Below, piece after piece: positions 9,835 to 18,517 of a stretch of DNA of 63,796 nt (its first letter is position 1; every line of letters begins with the position of its first letter). The DNA comes from Kiritimatiellia bacterium (GTDB lineage: Bacteria; Verrucomicrobiota; Kiritimatiellia; CAIKKV01). The DNA lies in the NCBI GenBank assembly GCA_044346855.1, contig JBIIYJ010000003.1:1-63796 (forward strand), written 5' to 3'. The notes below the pieces were generated by a model. The model was not told the origin of the DNA. It saw nothing but the letters and a program-made list of their open reading frames with translations, and searched no databases. Position numbers and translations under genes: made by a program.

Positions 9835-10932
9835 ATGAAAAAGGCCGAACGTTCGTTGATCGAGCAGGCCCGGTGCAAGAAGGGGCGCTACGGCGGCTTC
9901 TGTTTCGGCGGTTGCCGGCCGGAAGGCGTCCGCGCCCGCGACCCGCTGCCTGCGGGCACGGCCTGGCCCAACGGGGCAAAGGCGGCTCTCCTTCTGACCT
10001 TCGACGTGGAAGGCACGTATGGCAACGGGACGGGCGACATGGCCCGCGAAATCGCCAACTACCGCCGCATCTGCGCCCGGCTATCCCGCGCCGGCATCCC
10101 GGCCACCTTCAACGTCGTGGGCCGCATGGTCGAGGAGCAGGGGCCCGAATTCGTCCGCTGGATGCTCGAGTGCGGCTCGGAAATCGCGACGCACGGCTAC
10201 CTGCACGAGCTGAACGCGCGCTACGGCGGCGAGGACGTCTACGCCGGCCACTACGGGCCCGAGGAAAACCGGCAGCAGCTCCGCGACGGCGTCGCGGCGC
10301 TGGAGAAACATTTTCCCGGGACCGTGCGCGGCGCCCGCCTTCCCTACGGCCACTTCAACGAATACACCTATGACGCGATCGCGGAGCTCGGGCTGGCCTG
10401 GGCGAGCAACGTGTCGATCGACGACTTCCTGACGCCCGGCGGCGGGTTCGGCCCGGCCCCGTTCCGGATGCAGCTGGGCGAAACGGTCTATCCCGTGGTC
10501 GAGATCCCGCTCGACAGCCAGACCTACGACTGGTGCATCTGGGCGGCCGACGAGTCCGCCAACCGCCCCTTCGTCGAGGCCGTCCGCGCCTACTGCGCCG
10601 GCAAGGGAATCCCCTTTGATCGTACGCCGGCGGGCGGCGTGCCCGTCTGGCTCGCGCGCTGCCGCGATGCGATCGCCCGGCAGGCCGTCTTCACGCTGCT
10701 GTGTCACCCGATCAACCTGGTCGTGCCCTCCGAGCGCTGGAAGGACCCCGTGGAGGAGTTCCTGTTTCCGGTTATCGACGAACTGGGCCGCCTCCACCGG
10801 AGCGGGGAGGCGTTTGTCGGAACCTGCGGCCAGGTCGCCGACCGCTATCTCGCGTGGGCCAGCGGGACGCCGGGCAAGGGGCCCGCCGGACAGCCGCCGC
10901 AAACGTCAACCAAACAGGAACAGTCGCCATGA
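9835..10932 (+). CDS. Polysaccharide deacetylase (NodB-homology) family protein
   Basis: LLLTFDVEG and ATHGYLHE motifs match the NodB metal-binding pattern. Confidence 0.7.
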   Translation: MKKAERSLIEQARCKKGRYGGFCFGGCRPEGVRARDPLPAGTAWPNGAKAALLLTFDVEGTYGNGTGDMAREIANYRRICARLSRAGIPATFNVVGRMVEEQGPEFVRWMLECGSEIATHGYLHELNARYGGEDVYAGHYGPEENRQQLRDGVAALEKHFPGTVRGARLPYGHFNEYTYDAIAELGLAWASNVSIDDFLTPGGGFGPAPFRMQLGETVYPVVEIPLDSQTYDWCIWAADESANRPFVEAVRAYCAGKGIPFDRTPAGGVPVWLARCRDAIARQAVFTLLCHPINLVVPSERWKDPVEEFLFPVIDELGRLHRSGEAFVGTCGQVADRYLAWASGTPGKGPAGQPPQTSTKQEQSP

Positions 10933-11972
10933 AACGCAAGATCAGCTGGGGCGTCATCGGATCGGGCGGCATCGCCCGGCGCAGGACCATTCCCGAGGGG
11001 ATGGGCCCGGCGCGCAACGGCGTGCTCAAGGCCGTCTACGACCTGGATCCCGCCGTCAACGCGGCGGTGGCCGCCCAGTTCAAGGCGCGGCCGGCCGCGT
11101 CGATCGAGGAACTGCTGGCCGGCGACATCGACGCCGTCTACATCGCCACGCCGGCGAACGCCCACGCCGCCCAGGCGGAGGCTTGCCGCCGCGCGGGGAA
11201 ACATGTGCTGTGCGAGAAGCCCCTCGGCCTCACGGCGGCGCAGGTCCGGCGGATGACGGAGTCGTTCAAGGCGAGCGGGCTCCTGCTGGCCCCCGCGTTC
11301 ATGATGCGGTTCCAGTCCCAGCACGTCCAGGCGCGGGAGTGGATCCGGCAGGGCCGGCTCGGCACCCCCGTCTATGCGCGGGCCCAGCTCTCGTGCTGGT
11401 ATCCGCCGATGAAGGGCGCCTGGCGGCAGGATCCGGCTCTGGGCGGGGGCGGGTCGCTGATGGACCTGGGCGGGCACTGCATCGACCTGCTGGAGCTTTT
11501 CCTCGGGCCGGCCGCGGAGGTGCGCTGCCTGACCGCCGGGCTGGTGCACAAGTACGCGGTGGAGGACAGCGCCACGGTGCTGCTGCGGTTCGCCTCGGGC
11601 GCGCAGGCCACGGTGGACACGTTCTTCTGCATCCCCGATTTCGCCAGCCGGAACCGGCTCGAGCTTTACGGCTCCGCCGGCGCGATCCTGGCGGAGGGGA
11701 CGATCGGCCAGGGCTCCGCCGGCGTCATGAGGGCCTGCCTGGGCAAGGCCGGGGGCTATGACGCCAAACAGGCGCGCGCGTCCGCGAAGGGCATCGACGT
11801 CAAGCCCCGGGCGGTCAACCTGTACCGCGCGGAGGTGGAGGCGTTCGGGGACGCGGTCCTGGCGGGGAAGCTTCCCGGGGATTGGGCGCAAGCGGGGCTG
11901 CGCAGTCAGCTCGTCCTCGACGCCTGCTACCGTTCCGCAAAGAGCGGGCGCACCGTTAAGCTCTCTGGGTGA
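10929..11972 (+). CDS. Gfo/Idh/MocA family NAD(P)-dependent oxidoreductase
   Basis: Internal ATG 10929 overlaps the upstream stop (ATGA). Rossmann start KISWGVIGSGGIARRR and the EKP motif (LCEKPLGL). Confidence 0.85.
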   Translation: MKRKISWGVIGSGGIARRRTIPEGMGPARNGVLKAVYDLDPAVNAAVAAQFKARPAASIEELLAGDIDAVYIATPANAHAAQAEACRRAGKHVLCEKPLGLTAAQVRRMTESFKASGLLLAPAFMMRFQSQHVQAREWIRQGRLGTPVYARAQLSCWYPPMKGAWRQDPALGGGGSLMDLGGHCIDLLELFLGPAAEVRCLTAGLVHKYAVEDSATVLLRFASGAQATVDTFFCIPDFASRNRLELYGSAGAILAEGTIGQGSAGVMRACLGKAGGYDAKQARASAKGIDVKPRAVNLYRAEVEAFGDAVLAGKLPGDWAQAGLRSQLVLDACYRSAKSGRTVKLSG

Positions 11973-11981
11973 AACGGAGTC

Positions 11982-12200
11982 GAGTTCAGCGGGACCTACG
12001 GGACCGCTGCCGAGGGGGATGGAGTTCAGCGGGACCTACGGGACCGCTGCCGAGAGGGATGACAGCGGTCCCGTAGGTCCCGCTGAACCCTGCTCGGCGT
12101 AAGCGGATCGGGCAACTTCAGTCTGAAGCAAGAGGCCTTGACGCCTGCTCGCGGTACCGCTGCCGATGGGGTTGACAGCGGTCCCGTAGGTCCCGCTGAA
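11982..12200. repeat. REP/BIME-like cluster: 25-nt element TTCAGCGGGACCTACGGGACCGCTG twice forward and twice inverted
   Basis: Forward copies at 11985-12009 and 12025-12049. Inverted copies at 12063-12087 and 12176-12200. Copies 2 and 3 form a perfect 25-bp stem with a 13-nt loop. Copy 4 is preceded by a truncated partner (12155-12162). The cluster lies between convergent genes. Confidence 0.9.
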
Positions 12201-12217
12201 CCCTTCTTGACGCAACA

Positions 12218-13243
12218 CTACTTCTCGCGTCTCGCTTCCTCGACAAAGGCGCGGATATTGGCCTCGGGGGTGTCGCGCGGAACCATTTCGCCCGAGCACA
12301 GGATGTGGCCGCCCTGGACGCTCACGGTATCCAGGATGTGGCGCACTTCGGCCCTCACCAGGTCGGGCGTGCCGTTCATCAGCGTCAGGATCGGGTTCAC
12401 GTTGCCGGACAGGCAGACGCGCTTCCCCACGGCTTTGCGCGCTGCGGCCAGGTCGATGCCGGGCCCGCAGTTGACAATTGAAAAGCCGACCTCGGCCAGT
12501 ACGTCCAGCATGGCGGGCAGCTCCTCGCTGTTGTGGCAGTGGACGATTCCGCCGGCCTCCCGGTACGCCTTGGCCACCGCGGCCGCGGGCACGAAGGCGA
12601 AGTCCCGGTAGAGAGCCGGGCTGATCAGGTGCCCCGAGGCGTTGCAGTCGCCAAGCCAGATGGCGTCGGCCCCGGCCTTGAGCTGGTCCAGGCCGAAGCG
12701 GGTCTGGTACTCCGTGAAGAAGCGGAGGGCGTCGCGGACGAGCTCCGGCCGGTCGTAGAGGGCCAGCATGGTCTCCTGGATCCCGAAGGCCAGCGTCACC
12801 GAGCTGAAGGGCGCGGCCGTCCGGCCGGTGACGCAGACCGTGTCCCCAAAACGGGATTTCAGGCCGGCGATGGCGTCGAGCAGGACGCGCATCCGCCCCT
12901 CCACGCGGTAGCCGTGTTCGCGAAGGCGGCGCAGCGAGCCTTCCTCGAGCGGCAGGTAGCCGCAGGTGGCGGGCAGGATATCGCCGCCGCCTTTGACCCC
13001 GACGCCGAGCGGCTCGAATTCCAGGCAGTCGTCCACCTGGAGCCAGGCCCAGTCGTAGTCGAACCGGGCGATCGCCTCGCTCTGGACGCGGATCATCTCC
13101 TTTGCGTCGGAGTTGTAGCGGTCGTACCGGCTTCCGGCCAGCCGCACGTCGGCCTCCTCGCTGCACATCAGCACGGGCATCCGCCGCGGCCGCTCCATCC
13201 GGACCGCCCGCCGCAAATCATCCAGAACGCCTTGATAGGCCAT
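12218..13243 (-). CDS. URO-D-like (uroporphyrinogen decarboxylase / MtaA-type methyltransferase family) protein
   Basis: 341 aa. DAIWLGDCNASGHLISPALYRDFAFVPAAAVAKAYREAGGIVHCHNSE and the tail HILCSGEMVPRDTPEANIRAFV are typical of this family. Confidence 0.7.
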   Translation of the reverse strand: MAYQGVLDDLRRAVRMERPRRMPVLMCSEEADVRLAGSRYDRYNSDAKEMIRVQSEAIARFDYDWAWLQVDDCLEFEPLGVGVKGGGDILPATCGYLPLEEGSLRRLREHGYRVEGRMRVLLDAIAGLKSRFGDTVCVTGRTAAPFSSVTLAFGIQETMLALYDRPELVRDALRFFTEYQTRFGLDQLKAGADAIWLGDCNASGHLISPALYRDFAFVPAAAVAKAYREAGGIVHCHNSEELPAMLDVLAEVGFSIVNCGPGIDLAAARKAVGKRVCLSGNVNPILTLMNGTPDLVRAEVRHILDTVSVQGGHILCSGEMVPRDTPEANIRAFVEEARREK

Positions 13244-13262
13244 GGTGTCGCTCCCGGAAAGG

Positions 13263-14612
13263 TCAGATGCCGGCCTTCAGTTCCCGGACGGTGTCGATCA
13301 CAGCCGAGGCCATGTATTTCAGCTCGCTCTTCGTCAGGGGATAGAGCGGCAGGTGCGTGAAGCCGTGGTTGAAGACCTGTTCCGTTTTCGGGCACGTTTT
13401 CGCGATCGCGTCGGGCTTGTACCCGAGCTGCTCCAGGATGTGGAAGCGGTACATCGGGCCGAAGTGCGGGATTTCCGTGACGCCCTTTTCCTTCAGCTTG
13501 CGGCGGACCGCCTGGATGTCCGCGCCGATCGTCTTCGGGTCGATGCGCAGGGGGTAGAGGTGGTGGCTGCTGCGCGTGCGGGCGGTGTCGGCGGGGGGAA
13601 GCAGGATGCCCGGCACCTTGGCGAAGGCGGCGTTCAGGTAGTCGGCGTTGCGGCGGCGGGCCTCCAGGATCTTGTCGAGGCGCTTGAACTGGAGGCAGAA
13701 GCCGAGCCCCTGGATCTCCGAGACGGAGTGGTTGTTCGGGACCTGGGGCTTGCCGAAGCGGTCGTCGAGGGCGGTGATGTCGTAGAGCCAGTTGGGGATG
13801 GCGCGGGTGAAGTCGAGCCCCAGGAACCGCGCCTTGGCGAACTGGGCGCCGGCGGGGAGGTTGGAGACCAGCAGGCCGCCTTCGCCGAAGGAGTTGATGT
13901 TCTTCACCTCGTGGAAGGAGTAGCCGCCGAAGTGGCCGATGGTGCCCAGCTGGCGGCCCTTGTAAGTGGCGCCGAGGGCGTGCGCCGCGTCCTCCATGAC
14001 GTAGACGCCCCGCTTGGCGGCGACCTTCATGAGGGCGTCCATGTCGCACGCGTAGCCGCCGATGTGGACCGGCACGATGACCCGGGTGCGGGGCGTGATC
14101 TTGCGCGCCACGTCGGCGGCGTCGATGCCGAGCGTGCGCGGGTCGACGTCGGCGAAGACGACCTTGGCGCCGATCATGAGCGGGTAGGCCATGGTGGCCA
14201 CGAAGGTGATGGCGGGGACGATGACCTCGTCGCCCGGGCGCAGGCCCGCGAGCTTGTAGCCGATCTCCATGCCGGCGGTCCACGTGTTGAGCAGGCAGGC
14301 GTGCTTCACCTTCAGCTTGGCGCAGGCTTCCTCTTCGGCCTTCTTGACCCAGCTGCCCAGGGTCAGCTTGGCGGCGCCGGCGCTTTGCCCGGCCAGGCCG
14401 CGGAGGGCAACTTCCGTTTTCTTCAGGGCCGCCGCGTAGGCCTTGGCATCGGGGGCGGGCGGGAGGAGGAACTTGACCGTTTCCAGCACGTCGGCTCCGG
14501 AAAAGCGTTCGCCGACCGTGTGCCAGGGGACCCGGGCAGGGCCCGCGCTGTAACGGAACTCGATCGCGGCCTGCTTGGCGCTCGTTTTCTTCACGCGTGC
14601 TTTCCCGCTCAT
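13263..14612 (-). CDS. DegT/DnrJ/EryC1/StrS family PLP-dependent sugar aminotransferase
   Basis: ITFVAT...VFADVD...PVHIGG...EDAAHALGA...GGYSFHEVKN, including the PLP-lysine context. Start placed at ATG 14612 behind an AAGGAGA SD; the track start 14645 lacks an SD. Confidence 0.85.
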   Translation of the reverse strand: MSGKARVKKTSAKQAAIEFRYSAGPARVPWHTVGERFSGADVLETVKFLLPPAPDAKAYAAALKKTEVALRGLAGQSAGAAKLTLGSWVKKAEEEACAKLKVKHACLLNTWTAGMEIGYKLAGLRPGDEVIVPAITFVATMAYPLMIGAKVVFADVDPRTLGIDAADVARKITPRTRVIVPVHIGGYACDMDALMKVAAKRGVYVMEDAAHALGATYKGRQLGTIGHFGGYSFHEVKNINSFGEGGLLVSNLPAGAQFAKARFLGLDFTRAIPNWLYDITALDDRFGKPQVPNNHSVSEIQGLGFCLQFKRLDKILEARRRNADYLNAAFAKVPGILLPPADTARTRSSHHLYPLRIDPKTIGADIQAVRRKLKEKGVTEIPHFGPMYRFHILEQLGYKPDAIAKTCPKTEQVFNHGFTHLPLYPLTKSELKYMASAVIDTVRELKAGI

Positions 14613-14771
14613 GGATCGTCTCCTTGGCTGTGATGCGACATTCAATACGCTGGATAAATGCTACAGGGGACGGGGCGGATGTAAAGCCGATTGTGAATGA
14701 AACTGAAGTTGGTTCCGTCCGAATAGTAGAACCAAGAGGGCAATGATCTTGGCTGTTTCTGCCGGCTTTTC

Positions 14772-15176
14772 CTATGGCACATCATAAAAACGCGTCCACC
14801 ATCGGTTGTTCTTTTCCGGCTTGAAAAGGAAAATCTTCCTTCCCAAATCGGACTGGATTACCGCAGCGGAGTAGGACTCCATACGACCAGTGTTCAGTTG
14901 GATATGCCGTGTCTCCAGAATCTCATAAGTCTTAATGTGACCTTGGTCAAATCCTGTCATCTTCACTGCTTGCCCGAGAACCGCTTCCGGCTTCGCATCC
15001 CGTGGAAGGTCAATATCGGGATATAGTCCGTTGATCCAGAGACCATTACTCGCATTCAACTTTCGGACGATGGTGCCGATGGGGTCATCCACGGGAGCCT
15101 TAGTTTCGGCCATAACCGATCTGACCGGCAAATTGGCAACCAGCAGGGCGAGGAGGAATGGAAGGAGGCGGTTCAT
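14772..15176 (-). CDS. Small exported protein, unknown family
   Basis: ATG 15176 overlaps the upstream stop (ATGA). Signal peptide MNRLLPFLLALLVANLPVRSVMA. No recognisable motif. Confidence 0.6.
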   Translation of the reverse strand: MNRLLPFLLALLVANLPVRSVMAETKAPVDDPIGTIVRKLNASNGLWINGLYPDIDLPRDAKPEAVLGQAVKMTGFDQGHIKTYEILETRHIQLNTGRMESYSAAVIQSDLGRKIFLFKPEKNNRWWTRFYDVP

Positions 15177-15630
15177 CTGGGCGTCTCCCCCTTGGGCTTT
15201 GCAGGAAACAACTTCATATTGCCCTTCGATCGAGTTTTGTTTAAGGCTGGTCTGTCAACTGTGAAGGCGACATTGCTCGATTGGAAGCCACCTCCGATCC
15301 ATGTGGCTTTGTACTGACCCTCTGGAAGCGTGCCCGCATTGATTATCTTCCAGAATGTAACAAGCATGGCTTTTGAATCGAAATTTTTGAGATCATCATC
15401 GGAAAAGGTGAGCGGGATGTTGGTTTGAACGGAACCGCTGATTTCAATGAAGGATTTGCTGATCTCTTTTGAGGTGATTAAATGAGGATCGTTTTTCACT
15501 GAAAACATTGTGGTGATCTTTATGTTGTCATGGTCGTCCAGAGCGATGCCAGCAATCTTTATGGTTGTATTGGATGCGACAGCCAGATCGGTGCTAGCAG
15601 GGTGAGGAGGAATGGAAGTAGGCGGTTCAT
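15173..15630 (-). pseudogene. Small exported protein gene whose signal peptide and mature part are in different frames (1-nt deletion)
   Basis: ATG 15630 overlaps the upstream stop (ATGA) and encodes MNRLLPFLLTLLAP..., which stops after 23 codons (15559). The 155-aa track ORF 15173..15640 is offset by 1 nt. DNA alignment to the 18391 paralogue shows one base missing near 15589-15594. Confidence 0.55.
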
Positions 15631-16031
15631 CGTGTCGCATCTCCGATTGCTCGTTTGACCGCTTCGATTGAGTTGGTGGGTTGCACTTCCTCGGGGAAAG
15701 TCAGTTCGAATCCATTTTTCGATGATCGCCATAGAAGCCAGATAGAAGGGGTGGCAACCCGAGGTGTAAAATCGGACACATTTTCCATAACGGGTGCTAC
15801 GGTCCATGAGACCGGGATGTTGTTGGTGGCAGGTCCCTTCAGCATTTCCTGAACGATGATCCGAGAAAAAGCGATTTTGGTGCCATTCGTCATTCTGGTA
15901 TGGATGTTGGAGGCGGTGCCGACAACGATAACCTTGCTGGCCTTGGCAAGGTTCTCCAGGGATCGCTCGTTTCGTTCTCCCAATGAAACCGCCGACACAA
16001 GAGCCAGCACCATGATTGCGTATCGTTTCAT
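15627..16031 (-). CDS. Small exported protein, unknown family
   Basis: Signal peptide MKRYAIMVLALVSAVSLG, a GAGGAAA SD, and promoter-like module P1 upstream. Confidence 0.6.
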   Translation of the reverse strand: MKRYAIMVLALVSAVSLGERNERSLENLAKASKVIVVGTASNIHTRMTNGTKIAFSRIIVQEMLKGPATNNIPVSWTVAPVMENVSDFTPRVATPSIWLLWRSSKNGFELTFPEEVQPTNSIEAVKRAIGDATR

Positions 16032-16120
16032 CGTGCGGTTTCCTCTCGCTCTGTTGGCGTTGTGCCTCCCGAGTGGCCGTCCAGCGTCACGGGGGGGGGT
16101 GCATCCCGTATCCGCTCCCG

Positions 16121-16148
16121 ATCATACGCCGATCCGTTCCTGATTCAA
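16121..16148 (-). promoter_or_regulatory. Promoter-like module P1 (TTGAAT-N16-TATGAT)
   Basis: Minus strand reads gcTTGAATcaggaacggatcggcgTATGATcggg. It lies about 90 nt upstream of ATG 16031. Confidence 0.5.
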
Positions 16149-16210
16149 GCCCCGTTCACAGGGGCTTGATGCCCTTATCCGTTGAGCAGGAACGCCTGCC
16201 AGAAACCTGA

Positions 16211-16903
16211 TCAGGTGATCCATTCACTCACCGATATTACAATCCAGCCCTCGCTCGTTTTCCGTATCACGATAGAGTAGCCCCGTCCGCTCCCAACAGT
16301 TACCTTAACATCCCCGTCTGCCATCTTCTCGATCGCATTCACATGCCGATAAGTTGGAGGCAGGTATTGACTCATCTTGGCGTTCTCAAGGAAGATTTTC
16401 GTAATCGCATCACCGATGCCTGGCAATTCGGCCGGGGCAAGATCACCGCGGGCATAGAAGATACTATCCATCGCATTTGAATTTATGATCCCATAATTTC
16501 CTGAACCTTGATCTGCTAACAAGTACCATCGCCCTGCAATGACGTATCCGGACAACAAGCCCCGCCGATCGTAATCCGCTTGAACTCTATCCCGCATCGT
16601 GGCGGAATCAAATGTATAGCATATGAAAAATTTGCCGATGCTGGCCACCTCGCTCGTAGAACCTGAACGAAAATACACGCAAGCTGACGGAACACGCATA
16701 GGCTTTTTATCAAGCAGGCGTTCTTGAATGAGCCAAACCGTTTGGCTGGAGGAAACTGCTTGGGCTAGGGCAAGAATGTCCGAAACATCGTTGGATGAAA
16801 GACTTCCCTTGATGATCGGCGAATTGACCGAACCTGTCAGCGTTTCGCCATTCACCCCAAGAACTGTCATGGCAATTAAAAAGGCTGTCAGAAGGCGGTT
16901 CAT
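16211..16903 (-). CDS. Exported protein, unknown family
   Basis: ATG 16903 (MNRLLTAFLIAMTVLGVNG signal peptide) follows a GGGAGA SD. The track start 16909 is a TTG. Confidence 0.6.
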   Translation of the reverse strand: MNRLLTAFLIAMTVLGVNGETLTGSVNSPIIKGSLSSNDVSDILALAQAVSSSQTVWLIQERLLDKKPMRVPSACVYFRSGSTSEVASIGKFFICYTFDSATMRDRVQADYDRRGLLSGYVIAGRWYLLADQGSGNYGIINSNAMDSIFYARGDLAPAELPGIGDAITKIFLENAKMSQYLPPTYRHVNAIEKMADGDVKVTVGSGRGYSIVIRKTSEGWIVISVSEWIT

Positions 16904-16945
16904 TGACAATCTCCCAGCAGAGGGTGCATCTCGTATCCGCTCACG

Positions 16946-16973
16946 ATCATACGCCCTCTCGTTCCCAGATCAA
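16946..16973 (-). promoter_or_regulatory. Promoter-like module P2 (TTGATC-N16-TATGAT)
   Basis: Minus strand reads gcTTGATCtgggaacgagagggcgTATGATcgtg. It lies 43 nt upstream of ATG 16903. Confidence 0.5.
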
Positions 16974-17107
16974 GCCGTATCCCGAGCCATTGAGGTTCTC
17001 CCCGACCGACTGCCAATGGGTTCAGCGGGCTCGCCCAGGACGCCACAAGGTGGTAGCCCGTCCTTACCGCCCCGAGGGGGGGGCGAAGTCCCGCAGTCTG
17101 GTTGATT

Positions 17108-17425
17108 TCAATAACTGAAGCCAGAGGTGCTCTTCCGAACCTTCTTGTCCGATCCAACGGAAAGCCATAGTTCCTTGCCTTGGGTGGAAGAATAGTGCAA
17201 CTCCCAATCTCCTGCTGAAAAAGTACGGGCAAGAGAGGCCCCGATACAGAAGAATTCCACGTCATCTTGTTTCAAATCAGCCTCTGCCAATGTCAGGGCT
17301 TCTTTTAACGAGACTGGGGGTTTCTGGTCGTTGTTCCACCCCGCATTTTTAGCAAAAGCGGTAACTACGCCTATCAGGACACAGAGTGCGATAACTGCCG
17401 GAAGACTAATTTTAATTTTGCCCAT
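17108..17425 (-). CDS. Small exported protein (weak PepSY-like appearance)
   Basis: Signal peptide MGKIKISLPAVIALCVLIGVVTAFA. The mature part VSLKEALTLAEADL...WELHY...LWLSV vaguely resembles PepSY-type domains. Confidence 0.5.
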   Translation of the reverse strand: MGKIKISLPAVIALCVLIGVVTAFAKNAGWNNDQKPPVSLKEALTLAEADLKQDDVEFFCIGASLARTFSAGDWELHYSSTQGKELWLSVGSDKKVRKSTSGFSY

Positions 17426-17512
17426 CTCATCTGATCCTTATGTCTGCGAGCATTCCCGATTCCTCCTCACTCTACCGCCCCGCCTCGTTCCCGTCCCAGC
17501 GTCAGGGCGGGA

Positions 17513-18391
17513 TTACTGTAGCAATGCGATGCTGATCGAAGCGATATAGATTGACGGCATTGATAGCCTTTTCTCGAAGAAATCAAGTTCCTGGTTGTTC
17601 CCAGCCCGAATCAGGATGCCTAAACCTTTATCCCAATACATCCTATTCGTTTCCCATCCTGACCCGAGCACGAAGAAATCACGGATGTTTGTCCCTGATC
17701 CATAAAGGCTTTCAATCAGCGTCGTATTTACCAGATAAAATCTGAAAGCAGGGACTTTATTCTCGTCGCATAATGCCTTTGCTTTTATCATCATGCCAAA
17801 GTGTGCGATCGGCTTTACATCCAAGATTCGATTTGTCGCCTCTTCCAATACCGTGCACCTACCCGTTTTCTCGTTGAAATCAGTTAAAAGGAATGACCTT
17901 CCCATCATCTTAAAAGAATCACCAACCCTGACTGTCACATCAGGTTGCGGAGAGTTCCCCCGAAAGGTTGCAAATTTCTCTGTGTAGGGCAAACGTTCGC
18001 CTTTCCGCATTTTGAATTGGCGATCTCCAGATTGGATTGTGAGTTCTGTTACATCAGTCTTCACCTCGTTCCCCTGAATCACTCGGGTTTCCTGCTTTTC
18101 ATCAACGGCGATAAGCCTGAAACCCCTTACCTCTTTCCCGATTTTCAGAATTGAGTTTGTTGGTATAGAAGGCGGAATATCGGAGATTTCCCAGCGGATC
18201 GGGGGCTCGTAAAACATCCCATACCACAAGAGCAATGGCTCGCATCTAACAGATACCACGGCAAAGTCCATATTCGTGACTAAATCGGGCTGGGCGAGTT
18301 CAACCCCTGGAACCTGTTTCTCATTGGTGCCCTCTGCCCCCGCCAGATCGACGACCAGTAGGGCGAGGAGGAATGGAAGGAAGCGCTTCAT
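17513..18391 (-). CDS. Exported protein, unknown family (292 aa)
   Basis: Signal peptide MKRFLPFLLALLVVDLAGA, a GGGAGA SD, and promoter-like module P3 upstream. Confidence 0.65.
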   Translation of the reverse strand: MKRFLPFLLALLVVDLAGAEGTNEKQVPGVELAQPDLVTNMDFAVVSVRCEPLLLWYGMFYEPPIRWEISDIPPSIPTNSILKIGKEVRGFRLIAVDEKQETRVIQGNEVKTDVTELTIQSGDRQFKMRKGERLPYTEKFATFRGNSPQPDVTVRVGDSFKMMGRSFLLTDFNEKTGRCTVLEEATNRILDVKPIAHFGMMIKAKALCDENKVPAFRFYLVNTTLIESLYGSGTNIRDFFVLGSGWETNRMYWDKGLGILIRAGNNQELDFFEKRLSMPSIYIASISIALLQ

Positions 18392-18415
18392 TGGTGTCTC
18401 CCGTGTCTGCCCCCG

Positions 18416-18443
18416 ATCATACGCCGATCCGTTCCTGGATCAA
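18416..18443 (-). promoter_or_regulatory. Promoter-like module P3 (TTGATC-N16-TATGAT)
   Basis: Minus strand reads gcTTGATCcaggaacggatcggcgTATGATcggg. It lies 25 nt upstream of ATG 18391. Confidence 0.5.
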
Positions 18444-18517
18444 GCTCCGTTCACGAGGGCGTGGGGTGCCGATCGACTCGGCCCCGTCCAGCATCAGGGC
18501 GGAGGAACGCCGTATGG

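Noticed and set aside
14646-14771. A tRNA gene or att-like direct repeats marking the island borders.
   Set aside because: No tRNA-like cloverleaf or T-loop (GGTTCGAATCC-type) sequence is present. I saw no convincing direct repeat between the 14.65-kb and 19.0-19.5-kb edges.
16145-16169. Hairpin tcaagcccc-gttcaca-ggggcttga as an intrinsic terminator of the 16211-16903 gene.
   Set aside because: No U-tract follows on the coding strand. The hairpin overlaps the -35 of module P1. It is not conserved in the other three copies of the module.
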